From Phycisphaerales bacterium (lineage in GTDB: Bacteria; Planctomycetota; Phycisphaerae; Phycisphaerales; UBA1924): a stretch of DNA of 64,000 nucleotides. Positions 14,103 through 24,241 of the stretch are shown piece after piece. Each line of letters opens with the position of its first letter. The stretch's first letter is position 1. The translations under genes were made by a program, and so were the position numbers. The stretch covers positions 1,344,001-1,408,000 of the forward strand of contig OZ245777.1 of NCBI GenBank assembly GCA_965227775.1, given 5' to 3'. The notes beneath the pieces were generated by a model. It ran no database searches. It saw only the letters and a list, made by a program, of their open reading frames with translations, and had not been told where the DNA came from.

Positions 14103-14274
14103 GGGCTGCGTTCCTTGCGGCCGAACCGCGCAATCGGTGGGTACCAGAGGTGCCTCGCGGGAAGGAAAACCCGAATGCCAGCGTTTGTTCCTCTGGCGGT
14201 CCGCGATGCAGCCGAACGCTAGGTCGGGTGGTATAGCTGATCGGCCCGAAGCAGATTTCCAAGGAAGGCACACG

Positions 14275-15267
14275 ATGCGCGTCCTGATCACGACCGTCAG
14301 CCTGCTCGCCCTTTGCGGCTCCACGTTCGCCCAGCAGGGTGTGCGCGCCAAGAGCCCCCGCCGCGACGCGGGCCAGCACGCCCTTCGCATGATCGCCGAG
14401 TCGCAGGCCAACCGCAACATCGGCCGGCCCTCGCCCTTCACGGGGCCGACGCACGTCGCGCCGCGATATGGACACTCCTACGGCCGGACGATCGTTCACG
14501 GCGGCTCATTCGGCGGCTTCCATGGCAAGCCGTACTACCGGCCCCACGACATCATCCACGTCGGGCGCTCGCCGTTCATCTTCTACAACGGCGGCTACTA
14601 CCGCTACCGCGGCTACGACCCTTACTACGAGCCCACGCGCCGCCAGGTCGTGCAGAGCCCCACCGTCATAGTCATCGATCGCACGGGCGTGCGCACGAAT
14701 GAGGTCGAGCCGTCCGAGCCCATCGAGCTCACCGATGCCGATCGTGTAAGCCCACTCGAGCTTGGGCGCGAATCACTCGTCGCGGGCGAGTCCGAACAAG
14801 CGGTTCGCTTACTCACCGAGCACGTGCTGGTGAACGAGGGTGATCGCCGCGCCGAGCGATTGCTGGGCGTCGCGCTCGTGCTCGATGGGCAGACCGAGCT
14901 GGGTATCGCCGTCATCGGGCGCGCGTACCGCGGCGATCCCGAGATGGCCTTCGCGCCGCTCGGCCGAGACACCATCGACTCGCTCGCCGCATGGCGCCGC
15001 GTGCAGCGCGACGTGCAGCGGTACGCCCAGGTGCAACGCACGGCTTCGTCCTGGCTCGCCGCGATCGCCGTCACCCAGGACGAACTACCCAACCGCACGC
15101 ACGAAGAACGCCTCGAGCACGCGCGCCGCGCGGGGCTTGACGTCGACGTCGTAGATGCGTTCCAGCGATACCTCGAGGGCGGCGAGCCGATCAAGAAGCC
15201 CGAGCCCGCCGAGCGGGAGGCAGACGCCGAATCGGCCGAGGCTCGAGAGGCCAAGCCCGAGCAATAG
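14275..15267 (+). CDS. Secreted hypothetical protein with a G/Y/R/H-rich low-complexity region and a TPR-like helical domain
   Basis: Signal peptide MRVLITTVSLLALCGSTFA; AAGGAAGG SD; helical repeats with ERLLGVAL...AIGRAY. Confidence 0.75.
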   Translation: MRVLITTVSLLALCGSTFAQQGVRAKSPRRDAGQHALRMIAESQANRNIGRPSPFTGPTHVAPRYGHSYGRTIVHGGSFGGFHGKPYYRPHDIIHVGRSPFIFYNGGYYRYRGYDPYYEPTRRQVVQSPTVIVIDRTGVRTNEVEPSEPIELTDADRVSPLELGRESLVAGESEQAVRLLTEHVLVNEGDRRAERLLGVALVLDGQTELGIAVIGRAYRGDPEMAFAPLGRDTIDSLAAWRRVQRDVQRYAQVQRTASSWLAAIAVTQDELPNRTHEERLEHARRAGLDVDVVDAFQRYLEGGEPIKKPEPAEREADAESAEAREAKPEQ

Positions 15268-15270
15268 GGA

Positions 15271-16470
15271 CTACTTGCTCGCGGCCATCGCCTCGACGAA
15301 CGCGTCAAACAGGTAGTCGCTCTCGTGCGGCCCCGGGCTCGCCTCGGGGTGGTGCTGCACTGCAAACACCGGCCGGTCCTTCAAGCGAAAGCCCGCGACC
15401 GTCTTGTCGTTCAGGTGCGTGTGCGTCACCTCGCCGCCCACGGCCGCGAGCGATTCGGCGTCGACCGCGAATCCGTGGTTCTGGCTCGTGATCTCAACGT
15501 GCCCGGTGGCCGAGTGGAACACCGGCTGATTGGCGCCGCGATGCCCGAACTTCAGCTTGTAGGTCTTGGCGCCAGCCGCGAGCGCGAGGAGCTGGTTGCC
15601 CAAGCAAATGCCGAAGGTTGGCAGAGTCTGGCGCTGCTCAAGCACGGACTTAAGCGCGTCAATCGTGGCTTCCACCGCCGCCGGGTCGCCCGGGCCGTTG
15701 CTGATGAAGAGCCCGTCGGCCTTCTCGTGGTCAAGGATCTCCAGCAGCTTGTCGGCCGGCGTGTCGAAGGGCACGGCCACAACCTCGCAGCCGCGGCTGA
15801 GCAGTTGATCGTAGATCGCACGCTTGGCACCGCAATCGAGGGCGATGACCTTGAACGTCGGGCCGCTGGTCTTTGCTGGCTTGAGACGCCAGAGCCGATG
15901 GCCGGGCTCGATGCGCGTCGTCGATCGTGGGCTGACGTCGGCGGCCAGATTTTGGCCGGCCATCGAGCCAACGCTGCGCGCCATCTTCACGAGCTCGGCG
16001 TCGCCGATCGAGTCGTTTGCGGTCATCGCCGCGCCCATCGCACCGCCCGCGCGGATGCGCCGCGTGAGTGCCCGCGTGTCGATGCCCGTGATGCCCAGGA
16101 TGTCGTGCCGCTCGAGGAATTTGCCGAGGGTCATGGTCGCGCGATAGTTGCTGTGCCGCTGTGCGAGCTCCCGCACCACGAGCCCGGCCGCCTGGATGCG
16201 CGCGCTCTCCATGTCGATGTCGTTCGCGCCCGTGTTGCCGATGAGCGGGAAGGTCTGGACCAGGATCTGCCCGCGGTAGCTCGGATCGGTCAGGCTCTCC
16301 TGATAACCGGCCATCGCGGTGTTGAACACGATCTCGCCCGTCGTCACCGCCCCCTCGGTCGCCCCGAAGCCCGCCCCCTCGAACACCGATCCGTCCGCGA
16401 GCGCCAGGCGAGCCCTTGGCATGCGGGCTGTGGCAGCGGCTTGTGCGGTGTGTGATTGGGTCGTCGGCAT
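15271..16470 (-). CDS. carA: Carbamoyl-phosphate synthase small subunit
   Basis: GEIVFNTAMAGYQESLTDPSY, SNGPGDP, GICLGNQ, SQNHGFAV, QHHPEASPGP. Start uncertain (16470 or 16500). Confidence 0.97.
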   Translation of the reverse strand: MPTTQSHTAQAAATARMPRARLALADGSVFEGAGFGATEGAVTTGEIVFNTAMAGYQESLTDPSYRGQILVQTFPLIGNTGANDIDMESARIQAAGLVVRELAQRHSNYRATMTLGKFLERHDILGITGIDTRALTRRIRAGGAMGAAMTANDSIGDAELVKMARSVGSMAGQNLAADVSPRSTTRIEPGHRLWRLKPAKTSGPTFKVIALDCGAKRAIYDQLLSRGCEVVAVPFDTPADKLLEILDHEKADGLFISNGPGDPAAVEATIDALKSVLEQRQTLPTFGICLGNQLLALAAGAKTYKLKFGHRGANQPVFHSATGHVEITSQNHGFAVDAESLAAVGGEVTHTHLNDKTVAGFRLKDRPVFAVQHHPEASPGPHESDYLFDAFVEAMAASK

Positions 16471-16535
16471 GTTTCGCGGCACCTCTCGGGAATTCTGCAT
16501 TCATGCTAGGTCGAAACGCTAGTATCACCCTGTAA

Positions 16536-16551
16536 GTTAATGTATACTAAC
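16536..16551. promoter_or_regulatory. Imperfect palindrome GTTAATGTATACTAAC overlapping a TATACT -10 box; candidate operator
   Basis: AT-rich island in the carA/oxidoreductase divergent gap; 12 of 16 positions self-complementary. Confidence 0.5.
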
Positions 16552-16570
16552 ACTTGTGACCGGGGGTGAC

Positions 16571-18007
16571 ATGCATTCCGAAGGACTTTCAGAAGTTGCC
16601 GATGTGCACTCGGCCTTGAATCGAGCCAGCGTCCGGCTGGATCGGCCCGACTCGGTCGAGCGTGTCTCCGAGCTGGTGCGCCGAGCGCGAGCGACCGGCC
16701 GACCGCTCGCGATGGCCGGCGGTCGGCACGCCATGGGCGGGCAGCAATTCCTCCACGGCCACGACCTGCTGGACCTTCGTGGTCTCGACCGCGTCCTGGG
16801 CTTCGATCACGAGCGCGGCCTGGTGCGAGCCGAAGCGGGGATCCAGTGGCCCGCACTCATCGAGGGCATCCACCGTGCGCAGCGCACCATCGAGCCGGAT
16901 CGTCCTTCCCGCTGGGGCATCGCCCAGAAGCAGACGGGCGCGAACAACCTGACGATCGGCGGGGCACTCGCGGCAAACGTCCACGGCCGCGGGCTGCTCA
17001 TGCCGCCGTTCGTTGGCGACATCGAGCAATTCACGCTTGTCGATGCGGATGGCACGCCCCGAACGTGCAGCCGGGACGAGAACGCCGACCTCTTCTCGCT
17101 GGCCATCGGCGGATACGGGCTCTTCGGCGTCGTGACCGACGTGACGCTCCGGCTCGCACCACGCCGCGTGCTCCGGCGCCTCGTGCGCGTCATCGATATC
17201 GAAGACGCCGTGCCCGCAGCCGAGCGTCGCATCAGCGAGGGCTTCCTGTACGGCGACTTCCAATTCGACGTTGATCCCGAGTCGCCCGACTTTCTCACCA
17301 AGGGCGTGTTCTGTGGATATCACCCGATTAGCGACGACCGCCAGCCACCAGAGGATCAACGCAAGCTCTCGCGCGACGACTGGCTCGACCTGCTCACGCT
17401 GGCTCATACCGACAAGGGAAAGGCCTTCACGCTCTACGCCCAGCACTATCTGGCGACGGACGGCCAGCTCTACCACAGCGACACCCACCAGCTCAGCGAA
17501 TACCTCGATGGATACCACGCCGAGATCGACGAACGCCTGGGGGCTTCATGTCCGGGTTCGGAGATGATCACCGAGCTCTACGTCGCGCCCGATCGACTCG
17601 TGGAGTTCCTGCGAGCAGCCGCAAAGCTGCTGACCGAGCGAGACGCCCAGGTCATCTACGGCACGATCCGCCTCATCCAGCCCGATACCGAGACCGTAAT
17701 GGCCTGGGCATCGCAGCGCCGCGCGTGCGTGATCTTCAACCTGCACGTCGACCACGACGAGCCCTCGATCGCTCGAGCTGCGGCGACCTTCCGCGAGCTC
17801 ATCGATCTGGCGGCGAGCATGAACGGCAGCTACTACCTGACATACCACCGCTGGGCAACCGCCGGCCAACTCGCACGGTGCTATCCGCGAGCGGACGAGT
17901 TCTTCGAGGCCAAGCAACGCATCGATCCCAGCGGCGTGTTCGACAGCGACTGGCATCGCCACTATTCGCCGTATTTTGTGGCAGAGCGGGCGGGCAGGCG
18001 TGATTGA
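16571..18007 (+). CDS. FAD-binding oxidoreductase (VAO/PCMH family; gulonolactone oxidase/DprE1-like)
   Basis: AGGRHAMGGQ, TIGGALAANVHGRG, IGGYGLFGVV, KQRIDPSGVF. Confidence 0.9.
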   Translation: MHSEGLSEVADVHSALNRASVRLDRPDSVERVSELVRRARATGRPLAMAGGRHAMGGQQFLHGHDLLDLRGLDRVLGFDHERGLVRAEAGIQWPALIEGIHRAQRTIEPDRPSRWGIAQKQTGANNLTIGGALAANVHGRGLLMPPFVGDIEQFTLVDADGTPRTCSRDENADLFSLAIGGYGLFGVVTDVTLRLAPRRVLRRLVRVIDIEDAVPAAERRISEGFLYGDFQFDVDPESPDFLTKGVFCGYHPISDDRQPPEDQRKLSRDDWLDLLTLAHTDKGKAFTLYAQHYLATDGQLYHSDTHQLSEYLDGYHAEIDERLGASCPGSEMITELYVAPDRLVEFLRAAAKLLTERDAQVIYGTIRLIQPDTETVMAWASQRRACVIFNLHVDHDEPSIARAAATFRELIDLAASMNGSYYLTYHRWATAGQLARCYPRADEFFEAKQRIDPSGVFDSDWHRHYSPYFVAERAGRRD

Positions 18008-18848
18008 AGGCAAGGCCAGCTCCACCGCGCGGCTCATCGCATTCGCGACCATCGTCCACGAACACCGGGCGCCAGAGGGTTCCGCACGTTGGTGCGCGAG
18101 GTTTCTCGGGCGCGGCCGAGCACGACGCGCTGCCATCTCGATGCTCAAGACCAAGCCCGCTCGAGCGATCGGTCGTGGTCTCGAGCGGTTGCTTCTCCGG
18201 GGCATCGTCGACCATTGGATGCGACGCAAGCATGAGATCGACGCGTTGGCCCGCTCGGCCGCCGCCGATGGGTTCGACCAGCTGCTCGTGCTCGGCGGTG
18301 GTCTCGACACGCTGGCCTGGCGCAGTGCGGAGGCGGGCTCGTTCGCTCGCATCGTCGGCGCTGATCATCCGGCGACGCTGGCCGCCGTACGACGAGCCGA
18401 GGTGCCACCGCCCCGCATGACGCTCGCACAGCTCGACCTCCGCGACGGCATCGACCGCGAGGTCATCGATGCACTCGACCCTGCCGCCGATGTGCTCGTT
18501 GTGATCGAGGGCGTCCTGATGTACCTGCCCGAACGTTCGGTCGAACGCGTGCTGAGGGACATCGCAGCTCTGCCCAACCCGCGTGTCCGGCTCGTAGCGT
18601 CCTGGATGGTGCAGCAGCCCGGTACCGACATCGGGTTCGGCGGGCAGAGCTCGCTCGTCGGTCGCGGGCTGAAACGATGCGGCGAGCGGATGGAATGGGC
18701 AGTGACGCCAGAAGGCTTGGATGACCTGCTCGCCCAGTGCGAATTCACTAGCGCACGACAGATCCGACTCGACACGCGCCAGATCGATGGAAGGTCCGAT
18801 GTCGGCATCGGCCTACCAGATGAGCGGCTCGTCGTGGCGGAGCGATGA
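18000..18848 (+). CDS. Class I SAM-dependent methyltransferase (LCM-like)
   Basis: QLLVLGGGLDTLAWR, DHP, IEGVLMYL; overlaps the oxidoreductase stop. Confidence 0.85.
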   Translation: MIEGKASSTARLIAFATIVHEHRAPEGSARWCARFLGRGRARRAAISMLKTKPARAIGRGLERLLLRGIVDHWMRRKHEIDALARSAAADGFDQLLVLGGGLDTLAWRSAEAGSFARIVGADHPATLAAVRRAEVPPPRMTLAQLDLRDGIDREVIDALDPAADVLVVIEGVLMYLPERSVERVLRDIAALPNPRVRLVASWMVQQPGTDIGFGGQSSLVGRGLKRCGERMEWAVTPEGLDDLLAQCEFTSARQIRLDTRQIDGRSDVGIGLPDERLVVAER

Positions 18849-19041
18849 ACCGCTCGATTCCCCGCACCCGCTGCTCGTGCGGCTCACCAACATCGCTGAC
18901 AAGGCGATCCGCGTCGCTCGCAACGCCGACGCCTCCGTTCGAATCCGAATCTTCGCACAAAATGACCGCAACGCAGACCGAGGTTCGTGGTACATTATCA
19001 CGAGCATGGGGCGTAACGCCTCGGCCCTGGGGAGCCTGTTG

Positions 19042-21801
19042 ATGAATCTCGCGAATTGCGCTGCAGCCGTGGTCGCCCTGTTCTTGACGACCTGGGGATG
19101 CCCCAGTGTTTCCGCAGAGCCCGGCGAGGCAGGCTCACAGATCACGTGGCAAGCGGATTCAAAGCCAGACGCCGCAAATGTGGTGTTCACGATTGATCGC
19201 GACGCCATTGTCGCGAAAAACGGGCCCGGATCTCGATTCGCCCTAAGCGTCCCGAAACCGCGTGGCGGCGTGTTCAACCTCGTCGTCGAGCCAATCCGTG
19301 TATGGGCTCCAGGGGCGCAGGTCGTCACCGTCTCGGCCAGTGGCGAGACCACCGTCGACATAGAGGCCGAGCAGTTCGTGCACCTCCGCGGCCAGATCGA
19401 TGGCCTCGATGGCTCGCACGTGTTCCTGAGCATTGGTCCGCAGACCACGATCGGCCGCATCGAACTTGGCGCCAGCCAGCCGACCTACGTCATCACGTCG
19501 AACGGCGGTGATCCTGCCAAAGGTGGGGTCAAGCTCTCCAAGGACCAGGCCGTCGTGTTCCAGGCCGACCAGCCGTTCTCCCCGCAAACGGTTGCGACGG
19601 CGTGTGGCGCACCGGACAGCGCGCCCCTGGTGGGCCCGTTTGTTCCCGAGCCTCGCCTCGGCATGCGTCAAACAAAGCTGGCTGTCGATACCGACTACGA
19701 ACTGTTCCAGATCTTCAACGACGAGCACACGCTCATCGAGTACGTCACGCACCTCTACGCGACCGTGGGCGACCTCACGCTGCGCGATACCGGCGTGCGA
19801 CTCGACGTCATCTATCTGCGCATCTTCACGACCCCCGATGACCCGTACGGCCCCGGCGCGGGCTTCCCGATCCTGTCACGCGGCGAGATTGGCTTCGACG
19901 TCGCCCAGTTGTTCAGTGGCTCCCGACAGCCTTCCGCAGGCGGTGCTGCGCGAATCTGCGGTAGGACGTCCTGGGTCGCCCACGCCACAGGCAAGTTCAC
20001 CGACCCAACCGTCGCGAGCGTGTTCAACCAGGACCTCCGCATCACCGCGCACGAGATTGGCCACAACATCGGCGGTCCGCATCCGCACGACCTCGGCGTC
20101 GATCAATGCGATCAGTCCTTTGCGCGGCCACGCCGCGGGACGCTCATCAGCTACTGCGCGCAAACGTACAGCGGTCGAGCCGCGCTCATCGATGCCCATT
20201 TCCATGTACGAATCCGTGAGCGGATCGCCGGGTGCGGTGGCGTCATGACGCCCGACTGCAACAACAACTACCTCCCCGACATGCTGGACATCGCCGAGGG
20301 ACGGAGCATGGACGCCAACGGCAATGGCATTCCCGACGAGTGCGAAGACTGCAACCAGAACGGCGTGCTCGACAGCGAAGACATCGCCAGCGGGATGAGC
20401 GCAGACCTGAACGCCAATGGTGTTCCCGACGAGTGCGAGCCCGATTGCAACAACAACGGCATCCCGGATTCTCTGGACATCGCCGCCACCAACAGCCGCG
20501 ACTACAACGGCGACGGAGTACCCGATGAGTGCCAGGCCGACCGCGACGGCAACGGCGTGGCCGATTGGACCGACATCTTCTTCGATATGTCCAAGGACAT
20601 CGACCGCGACGGCATCCTCGATGCAACCCAGGACTGCGACGGCGACGGCGTGATGGACATCGACCAACTCGACCACGCGCACGCGCTGTGGGCCGCGTCG
20701 TCGGGCGACGGAACCGTGAAGGAGTACCACTTCCGCAGCGGTGTGCTCCGCGGCCAGGCCGAGGGCAACTACCTCGTTGATCCGACCGACGTCCTCATCA
20801 CGGTCGACCGCCGGGTGCTGGTCGCCGATGCGGGCGATGCGAGCATCGCCGAGTTCGATCGTGATGGCGCCTTCGTGCGAGATCTCGTCGCGTCGGGTTC
20901 TGGCGGATTGCAGTCGCCGATCGCCCTGGCTATCGCGGCGGACGGCTCGCTCCTGGTTGCCGATCTCGATGCCAACGCCGTGCTCCGCTACGGGCTCGAC
21001 ACCGGCGCATTCCTGGGCGTCTTCGTCGAGGCAGGAAGCGGCGGCCTCATGGCGCCCTATGGCATGACGGTTGGCCCCAACGGCAATCTATACGTCAACG
21101 GCGACCACGCGGGCGTCAACGAGTACGACGGCACCACGGGTGCTCACGTCCGACAGTTCATTGAGCACGGTTCCGGTGGGCTGCACCATGGCCGTGGCAT
21201 CCTGTTCATCCCGGCACCCGCGTCGGTGGGCGTTGGCTGGCGCTGCCTGGTTGCAAGCGGCGAAGAGCACAACATCCTCGAGTTCGATGCCGACACCGGT
21301 GAATTCATCGGGGTGTTCAACGACGGCTCGTTCGCGGGCAAGCTGCGAAACCCGTGGGGTCTTCGCCAGGGCCCGGATGGCAGCGTCTATGTCAGCAGCG
21401 CCCGCTTGCACCATCGCACGGCGCCGCCGCCAGCCGGCCAGATCGGCCCGCGCACGGCAGGACTGCACCTGACCGATCCGCATATCTTCCAGTACGACGC
21501 CGACAGCGGGCGCCTGCTGAGCGCCTACGTGCAGGGCGCCGACGCTCGCCTGGACCACCCCAAGGGCTTCGACTTCATGCCCGGCCCGCTCGATCGCAAC
21601 GCCAACGCGATCCCCGATTCCTGCGAGGCGATCTGCCCGGGCGATTGCGACGGCTCGGGCTCGACCGACCTGCTCGACTTCCTCTGCTTCCAGAACGCGT
21701 TCTCTGCCGGTGATCCGAAGGCCGACTGCACCGGAGACGGCGTACTGGACATCTTCGACTTCCTGTGCTTCCTGGATGTGTTCGAGGACGGTTGCGACTG
21801 A
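19042..21801 (+). CDS. Secreted M12-like (reprolysin-type) zinc metallopeptidase with Cys/Asp Ca-binding repeats, NHL/Vgb beta-propeller and GC-type dockerin
   Basis: HEIGHNIGGPH zinc motif; repeats such as DCNNN, DANGNGIPDECE; GSGGL..P propeller repeats; tail DCTGDGVLDIFDFLCFLDVFEDGCD. Start 19042 (GGGGAG SD) or 19006. Confidence 0.85.
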   Translation: MNLANCAAAVVALFLTTWGCPSVSAEPGEAGSQITWQADSKPDAANVVFTIDRDAIVAKNGPGSRFALSVPKPRGGVFNLVVEPIRVWAPGAQVVTVSASGETTVDIEAEQFVHLRGQIDGLDGSHVFLSIGPQTTIGRIELGASQPTYVITSNGGDPAKGGVKLSKDQAVVFQADQPFSPQTVATACGAPDSAPLVGPFVPEPRLGMRQTKLAVDTDYELFQIFNDEHTLIEYVTHLYATVGDLTLRDTGVRLDVIYLRIFTTPDDPYGPGAGFPILSRGEIGFDVAQLFSGSRQPSAGGAARICGRTSWVAHATGKFTDPTVASVFNQDLRITAHEIGHNIGGPHPHDLGVDQCDQSFARPRRGTLISYCAQTYSGRAALIDAHFHVRIRERIAGCGGVMTPDCNNNYLPDMLDIAEGRSMDANGNGIPDECEDCNQNGVLDSEDIASGMSADLNANGVPDECEPDCNNNGIPDSLDIAATNSRDYNGDGVPDECQADRDGNGVADWTDIFFDMSKDIDRDGILDATQDCDGDGVMDIDQLDHAHALWAASSGDGTVKEYHFRSGVLRGQAEGNYLVDPTDVLITVDRRVLVADAGDASIAEFDRDGAFVRDLVASGSGGLQSPIALAIAADGSLLVADLDANAVLRYGLDTGAFLGVFVEAGSGGLMAPYGMTVGPNGNLYVNGDHAGVNEYDGTTGAHVRQFIEHGSGGLHHGRGILFIPAPASVGVGWRCLVASGEEHNILEFDADTGEFIGVFNDGSFAGKLRNPWGLRQGPDGSVYVSSARLHHRTAPPPAGQIGPRTAGLHLTDPHIFQYDADSGRLLSAYVQGADARLDHPKGFDFMPGPLDRNANAIPDSCEAICPGDCDGSGSTDLLDFLCFQNAFSAGDPKADCTGDGVLDIFDFLCFLDVFEDGCD

Positions 21802-21839
21802 GCGGGATCGCGCACGCCCGCCCGTCCATACCCTGCTCG

Positions 21840-24167
21840 GTGCCCCAAGGCCTGTTTAAGGACGATCGCCAGCCACCCGCCGGCCCATTCCTCGCAGTCG
21901 CACTCGAGCGGTCCATCGACGGCAAAACGCTAACGTACGCGCCGCCCGCCGAGAGCAACGAGGACGCAAGCGCCATGATCGGGCGCGCCTGCATGGCGCC
22001 GCTCGGGCGCGGCGGCAGGGGAGGCGCGCCCACGCGCGGCGTCATCGTCGGTGTCGGCGGCGCCGAGCTCGTCGATGGCTTCGATCCGCACAAGGTCCGA
22101 CGCTTACTGGCCGTCAGCGAGGCGAAGCTGCCCGAGTCTGTGCTCGACCTTGGCCGATGGATCAGCGAGTACTACGCCTGCCCACTGGGCATGACGCTGG
22201 CCGCAATGCTGCCCGCCGCCGTCAAGAAAGCGGTGGGGCGGAAGCAGCGAACGGCCTTACGTCCGACGGGGACCGACACCGAGGCCAAGCTCCCGCCCGC
22301 GACCAGGAAGGCTCTCGAAGGCATCCGCGCGATCGATGCCGATGCATGGCCCATTGAGGAACGCGATCTCGTCCACCGCCTCGAGCTTAAGAACGCCAGC
22401 CCCATCCGCCGCCTGCTGACGATGGGCCTGCTCGAAGAAGTCACCCTCACCGATGTGGTTGCGCGCACCGAAGACGCCACGCCTCTCGCCATCGAGCCCG
22501 GCCCCACACCGACACCAACCGCCGAGCAACGCGCCGTCATCGAGGGCGTCCCCCTCGGCGGCTTTTCCACAAACCTCCTCTTCGGCGTCACGGGCTCCGG
22601 CAAGACCGAGGTCTACCTGCAACTGCTCGAACGCGTGTTAGCGGGCGGTAAGAGCGGCATCGTCCTCGTCCCCGAGATCGCGCTCACGCCGCAGCTCTCT
22701 TCGCGGTTTATTGCACGCTTCGCGCCAACGCTCGGCGAGCGCGGCGTCGCGGTCTTGCATTCCGGCCTCAGCGCTGGCCAGCGTCACCGCGCCTGGGACG
22801 CCGTCTCGCGAGGCCTCGCCCGCGTCGTCGTCGGCCCGCGCTCCGCGCTCTTCGCGCCGCTCACGAACGTCGGCCTCATCGTCGTCGACGAGGAGCATGC
22901 CAGCGACTACAAGCAGGACCAGGCCCCGCGCTACCACGGCCGCGACGCCGCCATCAAGCGGGCGCAGATCGAGGGCTGCCCAGTGCTTCTCGGCTCGGCA
23001 ACGCCGAGCCTCGAGAGCTGGCGCAACGCCCAGCTCGGTCGCTCCATGCTCTGGCGCATGCCCACGCGGGCACCTGGCTCGGCGGGCCTGCCAATCGTCG
23101 AGGTCGTCGATCTCGCAGAGGAACGCAAGGCCAGCCGCGAGCGCGGTGAGCGTATGGAACTGCTGGGTCCCACCCTTGAGGGCGCTCTGCGCGACACCCT
23201 CAACGACGGCGGCCAGGCCGTCATGCTCCTCAACCGCAGAGGCTTCGCCCGCGTGGTCGCCTGCCCCGACGCCATGTGCGGCTGGACGCTGACGTGCGAC
23301 TCGTGCTCGGCCGCCATGGTCTTCCACCGCAAGGGCGTCCTGAGCCGCAAGGGCCTCGTCCGCTGCCACCACTGCCTGGCCGAGCAGATGACGCCCAAGA
23401 GCTGCCCCGCTTGCGGTAAGAAGACCATCCTCCTCGGCCGCGGCACCCAGAGGCTCGAAGACGAGCTCGCCGAGCGCATGGGCCTCGATGATTCCGAGAT
23501 GGCCCGGATGGACGGCGACACCATGAGCCGCGCCGCCGACTACCAGGGCGTGCTCAGCCGCATCGCCGATAGCTCGATCCGCGTGCTGCTGGGCACACAG
23601 ATGATCGCCAAGGGCCTCGACTTTCCGAACATCCGCCTTGTTGGTGTTGTCGACGCCGACACGGCCCTTGGAATCGCCGACTGGCGCTGCCAGGAGCGGA
23701 CATTCCAGCTCGTCAGCCAGGTCGCCGGCCGCGCCGGCCGAGGCGACAAGCCCGGCCGCGTGATCGTCCAGACGCTCAGCCCCGACCTGCCCAGCATCCA
23801 GGCCGCCGCCACCCACGACTACGAGCGATTTGCGGCCGACGAGCTCGATGTCAGGAGGCAGGCCCACCTGCCGCCGTTCACGAGGGCCGCGTGGATCGTC
23901 GCGCGAGACCGGCAGTACGCCAAGGCCGAGGCCCGGGCGTTCGAGATCGCCGGCCTGCTCACAGAGGTATTCGAGAACAGCGCCAGGGTCGAGGGCCCCG
24001 CTCCAGCCCCCCTCGAGCGTGCCCACGACGAGTACCGCGTGGGGCTCGAGGTCTACGCCGGCAGCGCCGCGATCTTGCGGAACGGGCTGCTCAAGATCCG
24101 CGCCCAGCACGGCCTGGTGAGCGACGCCAGCGTGGCCATCGACGTCGATCCGGTGAGCATCTGGTAG
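21840..24167 (+). CDS. priA: Primosomal protein N' (replication restart helicase)
   Basis: GVTGSGKTEVY, LVPEIALTPQ, DEEH, GSATPSLES, Cys-rich zinc region, GTQMIAKGLDFP, QVAGRAGR. Start set at GTG 21840. Confidence 0.96.
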   Translation: MPQGLFKDDRQPPAGPFLAVALERSIDGKTLTYAPPAESNEDASAMIGRACMAPLGRGGRGGAPTRGVIVGVGGAELVDGFDPHKVRRLLAVSEAKLPESVLDLGRWISEYYACPLGMTLAAMLPAAVKKAVGRKQRTALRPTGTDTEAKLPPATRKALEGIRAIDADAWPIEERDLVHRLELKNASPIRRLLTMGLLEEVTLTDVVARTEDATPLAIEPGPTPTPTAEQRAVIEGVPLGGFSTNLLFGVTGSGKTEVYLQLLERVLAGGKSGIVLVPEIALTPQLSSRFIARFAPTLGERGVAVLHSGLSAGQRHRAWDAVSRGLARVVVGPRSALFAPLTNVGLIVVDEEHASDYKQDQAPRYHGRDAAIKRAQIEGCPVLLGSATPSLESWRNAQLGRSMLWRMPTRAPGSAGLPIVEVVDLAEERKASRERGERMELLGPTLEGALRDTLNDGGQAVMLLNRRGFARVVACPDAMCGWTLTCDSCSAAMVFHRKGVLSRKGLVRCHHCLAEQMTPKSCPACGKKTILLGRGTQRLEDELAERMGLDDSEMARMDGDTMSRAADYQGVLSRIADSSIRVLLGTQMIAKGLDFPNIRLVGVVDADTALGIADWRCQERTFQLVSQVAGRAGRGDKPGRVIVQTLSPDLPSIQAAATHDYERFAADELDVRRQAHLPPFTRAAWIVARDRQYAKAEARAFEIAGLLTEVFENSARVEGPAPAPLERAHDEYRVGLEVYAGSAAILRNGLLKIRAQHGLVSDASVAIDVDPVSIW

Positions 24168-24241
24168 GGCCGGGAAACCCGGCGCGACAAGCGACAGTCT
24201 TCTGTGATTCTCGACCTGCTGCGGGGTCGATACTCTCTGCT

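Noticed and set aside
20250..20670. Repeated DNA segments suggestive of a CRISPR or tandem array
   Set aside because: They are degenerate in-frame protein repeats, with no constant repeat-spacer periodicity and no cas genes in the window.
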